Below, in pieces: positions 1 through 10,575 of a stretch of DNA of 64,000 nt (the stretch's first letter is position 1; every line of letters begins with the position of its first letter). The notes beneath the pieces were generated by a model. That model did not search any database. It worked only from the letters and a program-made list of their open reading frames with translations, and was not told where the DNA came from. Source of the stretch: Candidatus Microgenomates bacterium (GTDB taxonomy: Bacteria; Patescibacteriota; JACPGU01). A program made the translations under genes and the position numbers. The DNA is taken from NCBI GenBank assembly GCA_016188915.1, contig JACPGU010000002.1, positions 85,287-149,286 on the forward strand. The letters run 5' to 3'.

Positions 1-279
1 GCGAAAAAAAGAAAAGAGGCCGAAGAAGCTTTTGCCAAAGGCGGAAGAGAAGATTTGGCCCAAAAAGAAAAAAATGAAAGTGATATGCTCGCTCCCTATT
101 TGCCTGTCAGCAAAACAGAAGATGAGATAAAAACCATAGTAGCTTCTGTTATTAGCGAAACGGAGGGGGCGTCTATGTCTGATATGGGAAAAATAATAAA
201 AACAGTTATGGAGAAAGCAGGCGGAGAAGCGGAAGGATCAATCGTTAGCCGATTGGTCAAAGAATCTCTATCAAAATAA
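1..279 (+). CDS. GatB/YqeY-domain protein, C-terminal part (5' end lies outside window)
   Basis: Frame 1 is open from nt 1 with no upstream stop. The translation ...LAPYLPVSKTEDEIKTIVASVISETEGASMSDMGKIIKTVMEKAGGEAEGSIVSRLVKESL fits the conserved C-terminal half of YqeY/GatB-like proteins (YLP..LSeeE...V..vI.E.Ga...mGkvMk.vM.k..G.adG..v...Vk..L). Confidence 0.65.
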   Translation, partial: AKKRKEAEEAFAKGGREDLAQKEKNESDMLAPYLPVSKTEDEIKTIVASVISETEGASMSDMGKIIKTVMEKAGGEAEGSIVSRLVKESLSK

Positions 280-731
280 TGTCTTATCGTTTTATTTATT
301 TAGACAAAACTCAACAAAAAATACCCAGAAGGTATTTTTTGTTTGTTTTAGAAAAGTTTTTAAAAATTATGTTGCCCGGAAAAACCGTGGAAGTAAATCT
401 CATTTTGATTGGTCAATCGGCCATCAAAAAATTAAACTACCAATATCGTAAAAAAGATTATTCAACCGACGTTTTGTCGTTCCCCATAGATATCGTAACC
501 CCTAAAGAAAAGAAGAAATGCAAAGATTTAATTTTGGGCGATATTTATATAGCACCAGATTTTGTAAAAAAAATAGAATCACCAAAGAATAAAAAAGATT
601 TAATAAAAAAACTACAATTTCTTTTTTTACATGGACTGCTACATTTGTCCGGCTATGATCATGAAACTGATAGAAAAGAAAGGCGCTGGAATAAATTGGC
701 TAAAATGATTCTGCCTTCTCTTCATCGGTAG
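279..731 (+). CDS. ybeY: endoribonuclease YbeY (rRNA maturation factor)
   Basis: 150 aa. The zinc-binding signature HGLLHLSGYDHETD (H..H.LGYDH) is near the C-terminus. Size is typical for YbeY. Confidence 0.8.
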   Translation: MSYRFIYLDKTQQKIPRRYFLFVLEKFLKIMLPGKTVEVNLILIGQSAIKKLNYQYRKKDYSTDVLSFPIDIVTPKEKKKCKDLILGDIYIAPDFVKKIESPKNKKDLIKKLQFLFLHGLLHLSGYDHETDRKERRWNKLAKMILPSLHR

Positions 732-2103
732 GCTGTCCCAGATCTTTGGATTTTCCAACCAAAAATTTTGCCCTCCATGGCACATAGTGAGAGTCAAAAC
801 GTTCTTTTACTTTTTCTCCGTTGGTGTGTTCTATCGTTCTGGTAAAATACGCGTCCGCTCCGATATGGGCCGTGTCGGTTTGTTTCTCTACCCCAGGCTC
901 TAGTTCTGTTGTCTCTATCCTTATTGGCTCTCCTGGCTGGACATAATTATAAATAATAGGACTAGAGACTGCCACTCTTCGACCATCTTTTGTGCCATAA
1001 AAATCTACAAAAAGATTATTTCCTATTATTCTTGTCTCTACTAAAATATATTTGCCTGTATCGTTTTTGAATACCAAGTCTGGTTTTGGGTCATAAATAG
1101 TAGAGTCAAAACCGGCTGGCTCATAATAAGTCACTCGATAGGCATGCGCTGTTCTTTCTACGATAGGTAGTCCAGCGTTAATTGCTGCTCTGAAAAAGGT
1201 GGTCGATACCTGACAAAGCCCACCCCCATATTCCGGTATTGTCTTGTCTTCTTTGATCACTAATTCTGGCAAAAATCCTGTCTTTGCGCTGACTTCTCCT
1301 AGAGTCTGCATAAAAGAAAAATTTTCTCCAGGAGGAATAATAACCCCATCAAATATTTTGGCTCCCGTATTAATATTGTGGATTCTATTGGGCGGAGAGC
1401 CAGCAAAACTGCTCTCTCCGGTAGCTACCAATTCTTTAACTCCCATAGAATCAATTTCTCGATTAGAATTTTTGGCCTCAAGTAAATCTATGGTCAGTTC
1501 TATTTTTTTATCATTATGAGCTATGCTGTTTTCTATTAATTTAATATTTTTTTCTATTAACAGTTTCTGTCCATCACTGCTGATATTGAAAATGACTGCC
1601 TTGCCATTTTTCATCTCCAGTTTTCCATCTACCGGATCTTTATCTATGATAGCTGCCAATTCTTTAAGATATCTTTGAATTTTAAAATTATCTATAGAAT
1701 AGGAAAAATCTACATTATTTTTATAAATCAAAGACTTCACCTGAACGATAAAATTTTTGACAAAGTTTTCTTCTCTTCCATAATTGATTATTTTTTCTAC
1801 CGTACCCTTATCGTCCCACAAGAAGCCAATATCTGTTATCTTGACCTCTATTTCATTTTCGCCATAAGAAAGGATTATTTTTTCTGATAATTTTTTTTTC
1901 TTATCTGCCACCAAAGATTCTATCTCGCCGATATTTTTTTGGCTTACTAATATATCGTCAAAATATGTATTGGGCAAAACCTTGTCAGAAAAATTTATTT
2001 TAAAATAAGCGGAGAAAGCTATGGCGACAATAAAAAACAATACGACAACAACTCCTATAGAGATAAAAACAAATTTTGCTACATGAAAAAAAGTATTTTT
2101 CAT
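700..2103 (-). CDS. VanW-domain protein with N-terminal membrane anchor
   Basis: 467 aa with an N-terminal TM helix. The core VanW motif is ...GGGLCQVSTTFFRAAINAGLPIVERTAHAY... Its 3' end overlaps ybeY by 32 nt, so the genes converge. Confidence 0.7.
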   Translation of the reverse strand: MKNTFFHVAKFVFISIGVVVVLFFIVAIAFSAYFKINFSDKVLPNTYFDDILVSQKNIGEIESLVADKKKKLSEKIILSYGENEIEVKITDIGFLWDDKGTVEKIINYGREENFVKNFIVQVKSLIYKNNVDFSYSIDNFKIQRYLKELAAIIDKDPVDGKLEMKNGKAVIFNISSDGQKLLIEKNIKLIENSIAHNDKKIELTIDLLEAKNSNREIDSMGVKELVATGESSFAGSPPNRIHNINTGAKIFDGVIIPPGENFSFMQTLGEVSAKTGFLPELVIKEDKTIPEYGGGLCQVSTTFFRAAINAGLPIVERTAHAYRVTYYEPAGFDSTIYDPKPDLVFKNDTGKYILVETRIIGNNLFVDFYGTKDGRRVAVSSPIIYNYVQPGEPIRIETTELEPGVEKQTDTAHIGADAYFTRTIEHTNGEKVKERFDSHYVPWRAKFLVGKSKDLGQPTDEEKAESF

Positions 2104-2106
2104 AAA

Positions 2107-3303
2107 CTATTTATTTATGTCGCTTAAGATTTTTTCATACACAGCTAGGGTTTCTTGTGCCATTTTATCCCAAGAAAAATTCTTTATCCTTTCCTCTCCC
2201 TTTCTGATAAGCTGTTCTCTCAAGCCAACATCGGTAAATATTTTTTCTAATTTTTGAGCCATATCTCTTTCATCCATGGGGTCAAAATAGAGTGCCGCAT
2301 CACCACCCACTTCAGGCAGACATGTGGCGTCTGACATCACGACCGGCACATTGCTGGCCATTGCCTCCAAAGGAGGGATACCAAATCCTTCGGCCAAAGA
2401 AGCAAACGCGCTGGCACACGCGCCCGATAGCAAAGATTGATATTCGGCATCATTGAGCATATCGGTTAAAATGACTTTGTCGGAAAGTCCTTTTTCGCGA
2501 ACGAATTCTTCTAGATCAATATAAAACTTATTTTTTTTACCAATCAAAACTAATTGCGCTTCTGGCTGCTTTTGTAGAAAAAGAGAAAAGGCAACAACAA
2601 GTCTTTTTAGATTTTTGTGCGGAGCAGCATTGCCTATATAAATAAAATAAGGATAGTGAATGTTGAAGCGCTTTTTTAGATTTTCCAAAATTCTTTTACT
2701 GCCAAGTTTCGCGAAATCTTTATCTACTGACTCATAGGTCACCGCTACCGTATCGCTCTTTATATTATATTTTTTTATTATATCTTTTTTTGAATATTTA
2801 GTAGGCACAACGATTGCTTTCGCTCGTCTGATAGTATCTTTTATGGCCTGTTCATAAACAAAATGCTTGATTTCAAAAATAATCGGTGGCAATTTTGATA
2901 TTCGGAGTTTTTTTTGCATTGAGTAGGTAAGGTCATGAATCGTCACTACGTATGGCTTTCGATAAAAAATCGATTTATTAAAATGAGTAAAATGCATCAA
3001 ATCAAGACGTGCTTCAAGCCATTTTGGCAAAGTGAAAAATTGTTCAGAAAAACCATACCACCCCACATCAACAAGCACTTTTTTAAAGTGCTCATTTTTT
3101 GGCCGATACTCTCTGTACCCTTCGCTATTCAAAAAAATTACAAAGTTTAAATCTTTGTTATAAGGATTTTGCGCTCTATCCTTCGCATCAATAATTGATT
3201 CCAGGCCACAGATGAGCTCCCTCGTATATCTGCCAATACCGCCCGTTGATGTTGAATAAATACGAGCGTCTATGCCGATTGTGTAGCTATTTTTTTTCTG
3301 CAT
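2107..3303 (-). CDS. glycosyltransferase family 1 (GT4-type)
   Basis: 398 aa. C-terminal GT1 signature EGFGIPPLEAMASNVPVVMSDATCLPEVGGDAALYFDP (E-x7-E motif). Confidence 0.8.
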   Translation of the reverse strand: MQKKNSYTIGIDARIYSTSTGGIGRYTRELICGLESIIDAKDRAQNPYNKDLNFVIFLNSEGYREYRPKNEHFKKVLVDVGWYGFSEQFFTLPKWLEARLDLMHFTHFNKSIFYRKPYVVTIHDLTYSMQKKLRISKLPPIIFEIKHFVYEQAIKDTIRRAKAIVVPTKYSKKDIIKKYNIKSDTVAVTYESVDKDFAKLGSKRILENLKKRFNIHYPYFIYIGNAAPHKNLKRLVVAFSLFLQKQPEAQLVLIGKKNKFYIDLEEFVREKGLSDKVILTDMLNDAEYQSLLSGACASAFASLAEGFGIPPLEAMASNVPVVMSDATCLPEVGGDAALYFDPMDERDMAQKLEKIFTDVGLREQLIRKGEERIKNFSWDKMAQETLAVYEKILSDINK

Positions 3304-4501
3304 AATAAATATTATACAATACGATAGACAAACCTAGCAAAAACCAAAAATAAATCATCAGATCGTTTTTCCAAATGGTACTCTCAACCAATCCATGAGA
3401 CAAAACAGCCACCATGGAAGATAAGACCGAAATCGACAAAAGAAAATCTTTGGTCAATACTTTACTTAGCATTTTCAAAGATGATATTATCAGCCAGATA
3501 ATAGAGGCTACGCCCAATATTCCTATTTGTAGCCAAATATTAATAAGCATATTGTGTGGTGTAATAGCATGAGGGGTGACATATTCAGGATAATTTATTC
3601 TGCTTTTTGTATATTCCCCAAAGTAAGATTGAAAATTACCCAGTCCAACCCCCGCGATAGGGCTACCAACCCCTATCTCCCAGCTGGTGCGCCATATTTC
3701 TATTCTTATAGAATCAGACTTCTCTATACGACTACTGGGTATCACGCCAAATAAATAGAGTCCTTTTACTATAAAAAGCGCAACCAAAGAAAGCATTATC
3801 AAAGCACCCACAAAGCCAATCCAGCGATAGTGAAAAAACTTTTTTATGATTGTCCAGACAGCCAAAAAAACTAAAGCCACCAACAGCCCCATCCAGGCAC
3901 CTCTGGAAAAAGTAAGAAACAAACCAAACAATAAAACAAAAAGAGCTGCCCAGATAATCTTTTTATTTATTTTTTTATCGGACAAAAGCCCTATAAACAA
4001 AAATATCAGTGGCGTAATGTATAAAGATAAATAATTAGGCGAAGAAAAAATAGATCGCAATCTGCCGTCTTCTAAAAAATTCGGAATGCTAAAATAACCC
4101 AAAAAACCTATGCCCACTAATAAAACGCCAGAAGAGACAATTGCTAAAAAAGAATTGCATACCTCTTGGCGAGTTTTTATCAATGATATGAATAAAAAGA
4201 AAAATAATAAACTATCAAAAAAATATGCCTTAAAAATGCCCAAAGCCGATAATTTGTCTGGCGATACAAAAACTGCCGATATTCCAGACAACAAAAATAA
4301 AACTGCCGGTAAAAACAATTTGCTGGCAATTATTTTTTTTATAATATCGCCCGTTTTTCTATTCTTTATATTAATACCCAAAAATATAACGAAAGCTGTA
4401 TAAATCTCCAATTCTAAAATAGTTGAAGGAATATTAAAAATTTTTACCTTAATTAAATAAAGAGGCAAAGAAAAAAGAATTAAATAGATAAAATTTGCCA
4501 T
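3287..4501 (-). CDS. O-antigen ligase/Wzy-like polytopic membrane protein
   Basis: 404 aa with more than 10 predicted TM helices. Wzy_C-like motif FSRGAWMGLLVALVFL. Overlaps the downstream glycosyltransferase gene by 17 nt. Confidence 0.6.
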   Translation of the reverse strand: MANFIYLILFSLPLYLIKVKIFNIPSTILELEIYTAFVIFLGINIKNRKTGDIIKKIIASKLFLPAVLFLLSGISAVFVSPDKLSALGIFKAYFFDSLLFFFLFISLIKTRQEVCNSFLAIVSSGVLLVGIGFLGYFSIPNFLEDGRLRSIFSSPNYLSLYITPLIFLFIGLLSDKKINKKIIWAALFVLLFGLFLTFSRGAWMGLLVALVFLAVWTIIKKFFHYRWIGFVGALIMLSLVALFIVKGLYLFGVIPSSRIEKSDSIRIEIWRTSWEIGVGSPIAGVGLGNFQSYFGEYTKSRINYPEYVTPHAITPHNMLINIWLQIGILGVASIIWLIISSLKMLSKVLTKDFLLSISVLSSMVAVLSHGLVESTIWKNDLMIYFWFLLGLSIVLYNIYYAEKK

Positions 4502-5778
4502 TATTTTTCGTTATTTGATAATCTTTGAGCTATAAGTATCAATCCAATAATCACCCATACATGCATTATATAGATAGTAGAGAAAGTAGCATACTGCAGC
4601 AAAATAGCAAAAAAAGATAAGCTCAAAGCAAAGATCAGAGTCTTAATCCATCTATCGTGGGATCTGATATAGGAAAAAATCGATTGCCAAAATACAGAGA
4701 TAATAAAAAGTAAAAAAGCTAAAAATCCTATTGTTCCGATTTCTGACAAAATCTCTAAATATTGATTATTGACTATGGGCCAACCAGCTTCTGGCACATT
4801 GACGGGGTAGCCAGAAAAATAAGGCCCAAAATTACCAATCCCTATGCCAACCCAGGGGTTATGGCGAAAAGCATCTATCGCTACCGCATAAGACTCTTGT
4901 CTTTCCTTGATAGAGCCTCCCTGAAAAATTATATTGTAAGCTTTTTCATAGCTTTTGTCCCAAGAATACCCCCCGATTTTGCTGACCGCAAACAAAGAAA
5001 TGAAAAAAACTAATAGAGAAATAAGGAGAAGGATATAATTTTTTTTATGAAAAACAATTTTTGCTCGTAATATCAAAAAAACTATAAGCGCGATAGTCGT
5101 AGCTATTATACCGCCTTTAGAAAAAGTAAGTAGCAAACTCAACAAAAGCGTCAAAAAACCGATAAAAAACCATGTTTTGTTTTTCTTTTCATCGGAGAAA
5201 AAAGAAGCAGACAAAAAAATCAAAACTGGCGCTATCAAAAAATTGGCGAAATACAATGGTTCAATAAAAGTAGACTGTATCCTTGGCAAACCGAAAACAT
5301 TATGAGTATAACGATTAGATAGCCCAGTCAAATATTGCGGAAGCCCTAAAAGATCACCGCTAAATTGAAAAAATCCAAAGATAGCGGCTAAGATGGTCGT
5401 TCCTAGAAAGATAGCCAAGGCGACATTAAACTTTTGTTTGGAATCTATCGCTGACACTAACGCAAAAGGTACAAAAAACATAAATGTCGAGAATGCCAAA
5501 ACATGAATACCTCTATCTAGATTTTGCGCCACTGTCAAAGAAATCAATCCTGCCAGTAAAAAAACTAAATAAAAAATCAAACTCTTGGGGATGTATATTT
5601 TTTTATTAAGAAATAGAAATCGCCAGCTGATGATAAAAATCAAGGCTACAACAAAGATCTGGCTTAATCTAATGGTAAATCCAGCAAAATCAAAGCTACC
5701 AATTCTTTCCATTGGCAAAACAATAATAGTGGCTAGAGCTAGAAAAAAATCTATATTTTTAACAAAATATTTAATCAT
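4501..5778 (-). CDS. O-antigen ligase/Wzy-like polytopic membrane protein (paralog 2)
   Basis: 425 aa and polytopic. Motif FSKGGIIATTIALIVFL in a Wzy_C-like position. Confidence 0.55.
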   Translation of the reverse strand: MIKYFVKNIDFFLALATIIVLPMERIGSFDFAGFTIRLSQIFVVALIFIISWRFLFLNKKIYIPKSLIFYLVFLLAGLISLTVAQNLDRGIHVLAFSTFMFFVPFALVSAIDSKQKFNVALAIFLGTTILAAIFGFFQFSGDLLGLPQYLTGLSNRYTHNVFGLPRIQSTFIEPLYFANFLIAPVLIFLSASFFSDEKKNKTWFFIGFLTLLLSLLLTFSKGGIIATTIALIVFLILRAKIVFHKKNYILLLISLLVFFISLFAVSKIGGYSWDKSYEKAYNIIFQGGSIKERQESYAVAIDAFRHNPWVGIGIGNFGPYFSGYPVNVPEAGWPIVNNQYLEILSEIGTIGFLAFLLFIISVFWQSIFSYIRSHDRWIKTLIFALSLSFFAILLQYATFSTIYIMHVWVIIGLILIAQRLSNNEK

Positions 5779-6923
5779 TTTTGTCTTAACTCCTCAAAAC
5801 ACTCTATCAAACTATTGGTAGCAGAAAACCAAGTAAAATTTTTTACTTGCTCAAATCCTTTTTTTATCATTTCTTCTTTTAATATTTGGCTGCTCAAAAT
5901 ACTTTCAATGTTTTTACTTATTTTTTTGACATCATAGGGATCGGCGTACAGAGCTGCTTCTCCCCCAACCTCCGGCAAAGAAGAGTAATTAGAGGCTACC
6001 ACTGGAACGCCACAGGCCATCGCCTCTAATATAGGCAGACCAAAGCCTTCATAGAAAGAAGGGAAAACAAATACAGATGCTCCATTGTAAATAAATGGCA
6101 GATCAGATTCATCTACATAGCCGGTAAACGTGACTAATTTTTCAAGACCATACCTTTTAATCGTATCGCGGATTGGTTCTCCATATCTGATGTCTTCCTT
6201 GCCCGCTATTATTAATTGATAACGATCTTTTAGATCATCCGGCAGATAATAATAGGCCAAAACTAAAGCTTTTATATTTTTATGCGGCTCATTCCTCCCT
6301 ACATAGAGTATATAGGATTTAGTTACATTGAATTTTTCTTTTATAAAATCTTTAGTTTTTTTCTTATCCAAAACACGAAAATTATCAGAAACACCCATAG
6401 GAATTAATTTTATTTTTTTAGTAGGTACTTTGAATTGCCTGACTAGATCTCTCGATGTATTCATAGATATGGTGACTATTTTGGTCGCTTTGGCAAAAAC
6501 CATTTTGGGTGCTAGCCTAATGTAATGATACATTTTTCTAGTAAAGCTTTTTTGCATTCCTGGATAAAAAAAATGGATAAGATCAAACACAGTTATGATC
6601 AATCTAGTTTTTTTGAAAAATGGTGAGGCAAAATAGTATGGAACATAAAAAATATCCGTATTCCGATCTTCTAGTACTTTTGGCATATAAAATATGTTTT
6701 GCCATGTAAGCATGCCAAATGGGACAATGAATATTTTGCATCTTCTTTTGATATGTCGTAGATTATGTATGATAAAATCTTTCATTTCGATGCTATCAAA
6801 AATAAGAGCGTAGTCATTTTTTTTATCAAACACCAAAAGTTTTTTCAAGAGCTCCAAAACCACCCTGGCAATACCGGCAGGATTTTTATCTCTAATAATG
6901 CGACAATCAAAAGCTATCAACAT
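5775..6923 (-). CDS. glycosyltransferase family 1
   Basis: 382 aa. Signature EGFGLPILEAMACGVPVVASNYSSLPEVGGEAALYADP. Confidence 0.8.
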   Translation of the reverse strand: MLIAFDCRIIRDKNPAGIARVVLELLKKLLVFDKKNDYALIFDSIEMKDFIIHNLRHIKRRCKIFIVPFGMLTWQNIFYMPKVLEDRNTDIFYVPYYFASPFFKKTRLIITVFDLIHFFYPGMQKSFTRKMYHYIRLAPKMVFAKATKIVTISMNTSRDLVRQFKVPTKKIKLIPMGVSDNFRVLDKKKTKDFIKEKFNVTKSYILYVGRNEPHKNIKALVLAYYYLPDDLKDRYQLIIAGKEDIRYGEPIRDTIKRYGLEKLVTFTGYVDESDLPFIYNGASVFVFPSFYEGFGLPILEAMACGVPVVASNYSSLPEVGGEAALYADPYDVKKISKNIESILSSQILKEEMIKKGFEQVKNFTWFSATNSLIECFEELRQK

Positions 6924-6930
6924 ACATCTA

Positions 6931-8037
6931 TTATTTTAACAAAATATCTATCAGCGCCGAAGCGCTTTTCTCCCAAGAAAATTGTTTTGCTCTTGTTCGG
7001 CCAAGAGTTTTCAGCTGATTTTGTCTTTTCTTATCATTTAATAAATCTGATATCTGGGTGGAAAGTTTTTTTGTATCATATGGGTCACAGTAAATAACAG
7101 CGTCTCCGCCTACCTCCGGCAGAGATGAATTACCTGAACAAATCGTGGGGACGCCATAACTCATAGCATCCAACACCGGCAGACCAAAGCCTTCATAGAA
7201 AGAAGGGAATACGAACAAAGATGCGTTGGCATACAAAGAAGATAAATCTTTTTTGTCTGCATACCCCGTAAAGATAACATTGCCTTTTTTAATTTTTTTG
7301 ACCGCATCAAATACTTTTTGATATTGCCAACCCTTGCCACCAGCAACTATCAAATCATATTTTTCCAATAAATTGCCATTGATCATGGCGTAAGCATCTA
7401 TCAAAGTATTAATATTTTTCCTAGGCTCTATCGTCCCCACGAATAAAATATATGGCTTTCGGAGATTGTATTTTTTTGCTATAGAAGATAAATCATTATG
7501 TGTATTCGACACTAAAGAAACAGCTGGATAGATTACTTTTATTTTTTCTTCTGGTAGCCCATAGTATTTCATTATATCTATTTTTGAATTATGAGATATA
7601 GTCACTATGATATCGGCTCTTTTGGCAGAAGAAAAAACATTTTTTTTCAAAAAATACAAATTTTTCTTTTCCACAAATCGCGAGTGCACCAAATAGGTAG
7701 TATCCGGTATTAAAAGTATTTTTTTCTTGGACCAAATTGGAAAGTCAACAAAATTGGTAAAAAAGAAAACGTCTGTTCTCCCTATTAAAAAATTAGCAGG
7801 CGGAAAATGAAGAAATTTCCACAGAAAGTTAAAACCTCTTTTGACGATCCCGCCCAAAGAAAATATTTTTATATTTTTTCCTCTAGCAAAAAAGCCATCT
7901 CCTAAAAGTTTGTAGCAATTGCGATCATCAATATCGAACATAGCTTTGAGTATATTTTCTAGCAAAACACCCATGCCTGTTTTTTTCTTCGGAGCGACTC
8001 TTGTGTCTATTCCAATAATCATAATAATTCCTCCCAT
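6931..8037 (-). CDS. glycosyltransferase family 1
   Basis: 368 aa. Signature EGFGLPVLDAMSYGVPTICSGNSSLPEVGGDAVIYCDP. Confidence 0.8.
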   Translation of the reverse strand: MGGIIMIIGIDTRVAPKKKTGMGVLLENILKAMFDIDDRNCYKLLGDGFFARGKNIKIFSLGGIVKRGFNFLWKFLHFPPANFLIGRTDVFFFTNFVDFPIWSKKKILLIPDTTYLVHSRFVEKKNLYFLKKNVFSSAKRADIIVTISHNSKIDIMKYYGLPEEKIKVIYPAVSLVSNTHNDLSSIAKKYNLRKPYILFVGTIEPRKNINTLIDAYAMINGNLLEKYDLIVAGGKGWQYQKVFDAVKKIKKGNVIFTGYADKKDLSSLYANASLFVFPSFYEGFGLPVLDAMSYGVPTICSGNSSLPEVGGDAVIYCDPYDTKKLSTQISDLLNDKKRQNQLKTLGRTRAKQFSWEKSASALIDILLK

Positions 8038-9173
8038 TTTTTGCGCATCACATCAATAGAGAAAAATGATAGATATTTTTTTCTGGCCGCAAAACCAAGA
8101 GTATGATATTTATCAAAATCTTTTAATATTTTATCCAATATTGCCGTTAATTCTTTATCATCGCCAGGGCAAAAAAGAAATCCGTTTTCCCCATTGTCTA
8201 TTAGCTCAGGGATACCACCTAGACGACTGGCAACAATTATTTTACCTAAAGCCATTGCTTCCGCTATCGCTATACCGAAAGACTCTCTGGCAACGGACGG
8301 CAGCACAAATATATCAGCAATATTCAAAAGGCCATTTATATCTTTTTCATAACCAGCGAATACAACTCTATCTTGTACCCCCATTTTTTCAGCTAATTTT
8401 TTAAGATTAGAATACTCCGGCCCATCTCCTACTATCAAAAGATACAGGCTCTTTATATGGTATGAATTAGCAATAGATTTAATCAAAACATCAAATCCTT
8501 TTTCTTTATGCAATCTGCCGACAGAAACTACTATCTTCTCTTGGACATCAATGCCATTGGCTTTTTTTAGACTATTTTTTTCATCATCGTTTGTTATAAA
8601 AATTTTCTTTGGGTCTATGCCTTTATAGATAATTATCAATTGGTCAGTCAGTTTTTGATCTATCATCGCCAATTGGTTTTTCACAAAACTAGATACGCAA
8701 ACGATTCTGTCAACTGATTTCGCAGATTTTAAATAAAGGGGCAATAACATATTTTTTGAAAGCCACGGCACCGGATCCAAATGTTCTACCCAAATAACTT
8801 TGCATCCATTTTTTTTAGCGATATGAGATAGTAATATTTTCTCATTAAGCCCCTGTAATATCACTGTGGTATTACTCTTTTGCCATATTTTTTTTAAAAT
8901 GAAATAAAACCGAACAAAATAAAAGAAATAAAAAATAAGAAATAAAAAAGCATACCGCCTAGATCCTGCTTCTTGCCCCCAGTAAATTTTTTTAGTTTTT
9001 GCTCCTAAAATATTTGCTTCCTCAATCAAGGGCGAATAGTTGGAAAAAAGATGAGCCTTAAAACCACCATCAAGAGCTTTGGCCAAAATATCTAAAGTAT
9101 ATCTTTCTCCTCCACCAAAAGCTTGGGCAAATTTTAGAATAATAATATTTTTTTTCATAATTCTATATTCCAA
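8019..9173 (-). CDS. glycosyltransferase family 1
   Basis: 384 aa. Signature ESFGIAIAEAMALGKIIVASRLGGIPELI. Overlaps both neighbours. Confidence 0.75.
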   Translation of the reverse strand: MEYRIMKKNIIILKFAQAFGGGERYTLDILAKALDGGFKAHLFSNYSPLIEEANILGAKTKKIYWGQEAGSRRYAFLFLIFYFFYFVRFYFILKKIWQKSNTTVILQGLNEKILLSHIAKKNGCKVIWVEHLDPVPWLSKNMLLPLYLKSAKSVDRIVCVSSFVKNQLAMIDQKLTDQLIIIYKGIDPKKIFITNDDEKNSLKKANGIDVQEKIVVSVGRLHKEKGFDVLIKSIANSYHIKSLYLLIVGDGPEYSNLKKLAEKMGVQDRVVFAGYEKDINGLLNIADIFVLPSVARESFGIAIAEAMALGKIIVASRLGGIPELIDNGENGFLFCPGDDKELTAILDKILKDFDKYHTLGFAARKKYLSFFSIDVMRKKWEELL

Positions 9174-10575
9174 TAGTTTCCCTGATAGATTGCCTGGAAA
9201 TGGCTCCGGTCATAAGCAGAACCAAAGAATATATTATAATCCCGATAGCCAAAGTCAAAGCCAAATTGTAGCCGGCGAAGTAATACATCACACCACTCAT
9301 GGCAACTGCGGCCAAAAAAGATTTTGCGAAAACAGCCCAACGGGGAAAAACAGAAAAATACCTGATAGCAACTATCGTAGCGAGTGTACAGACAGTCAAT
9401 TCGGTAAAAATAGTGGCGACAGATGCTCCTATGTATGAATAGCGTGGAATAAGATAAAGATTACCAATGATATTTAAGAAAACACTTAATATGTATATTG
9501 GCACTAATTTTTTTTGAATATCGGCCGCTACGATAAAATAACCCATCATGGTGCCGAAAAAAATAATGAACATAGCGAAAGCAAGATATTGCAAAGCGAT
9601 AGCTGATTCGATAAATCCTTCCCCTAGAAGAAAAATAGAAATAGGTCGAGCCATAGTAAAAAATATTGCCAACAGCGGAAAGGCCATCAAGGAAATAAAA
9701 TCAAAAGATTTTTGAAAGCTAAATTTAAGGCGATAATCTTTTTCTTTGATATATTTTGTCACCATTGGAAAAACAGATCCCATAAACATTGCCGGAATAG
9801 TAATCAATATCTCAATTATTTTGTAGGCCGCGCCATAGATGCCCACTGTTTTGCTATCTTTCATAATAGACAGCATAACCGTATCTATTTTAAAATAAAT
9901 AAATCCAAGAATGATAATAGCGCCCAAAGGAAAAGCCTCTTTGATGATAAACTTCATATGGATAAGGTCAAAATTGAGTCTAAAAGTGAGGAATTTCCTA
10001 GAAAGCATCCAAGATATAGCGGCCAAGGAAAAATTTCCCAAGACATACGCCCAAACAAAATAGATAACTGGTAACTCCAAGTAAATACAAAGCATCACCA
10101 AAATGAATAAGATAAAACGGGAGACAACATCACTAACGACCAATCTGTCCATTCTGAGATTGCTCTGAAATATACTGACGAAAAGTTGATTGATACCAAC
10201 AAAAAAACTAGAAGCAGTACCAACCAAAATACCTATTTTTATATCATAAGTATAATTTGGCACCAACCAAGCGACTAAAGGAGCTATTAATAGCATAGAT
10301 GTCAAAATCAATCTCCAGACAAAAATAGTACCCATTATTTTTTTAGCCCTATCTGGATTTTTGGCCATTTCTTTTACCGCTACCGTATAAAGTCCCATAT
10401 CAGACAAAATAGCAAAAAAACCCAAGAAGGCGAAGATAGTGGTAAAGTCCCCATATTTATCTACGCCCAAATATCTTGCCATATAGGCCAGCATTACGAC
10501 CGCTATGCCCGTGGTCGTCGCTTTGCCAATAATCTGGATAAACAAATTGGCTGCTATTTTTTTTGTGCTACTCAT
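9163..10575 (-). CDS. polysaccharide flippase (Wzx, MOP superfamily)
   Basis: 470 aa with about 12-14 TM helices. The N-terminus MSSTKKIAANLFIQIIGKATTTGIAVVMLAYMARYLGVDKYGDF is typical of Wzx/polysaccharide biosynthesis proteins. Confidence 0.7.
   Translation of the reverse strand: MSSTKKIAANLFIQIIGKATTTGIAVVMLAYMARYLGVDKYGDFTTIFAFLGFFAILSDMGLYTVAVKEMAKNPDRAKKIMGTIFVWRLILTSMLLIAPLVAWLVPNYTYDIKIGILVGTASSFFVGINQLFVSIFQSNLRMDRLVVSDVVSRFILFILVMLCIYLELPVIYFVWAYVLGNFSLAAISWMLSRKFLTFRLNFDLIHMKFIIKEAFPLGAIIILGFIYFKIDTVMLSIMKDSKTVGIYGAAYKIIEILITIPAMFMGSVFPMVTKYIKEKDYRLKFSFQKSFDFISLMAFPLLAIFFTMARPISIFLLGEGFIESAIALQYLAFAMFIIFFGTMMGYFIVAADIQKKLVPIYILSVFLNIIGNLYLIPRYSYIGASVATIFTELTVCTLATIVAIRYFSVFPRWAVFAKSFLAAVAMSGVMYYFAGYNLALTLAIGIIIYSLVLLMTGAISRQSIRETIGI

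Noticed and set aside
1244-1887. Plus-strand ORFs inside the VanW gene region
   Set aside because: They are antisense to the VanW-domain CDS, which has a clear family signature.
9079-10074. Plus-strand ORFs (119 and 120 aa) and the 61-aa minus ORF at 9155-9340
   Set aside because: They overlap the Wzx flippase or the glycosyltransferase gene in other frames. Low-complexity translations.
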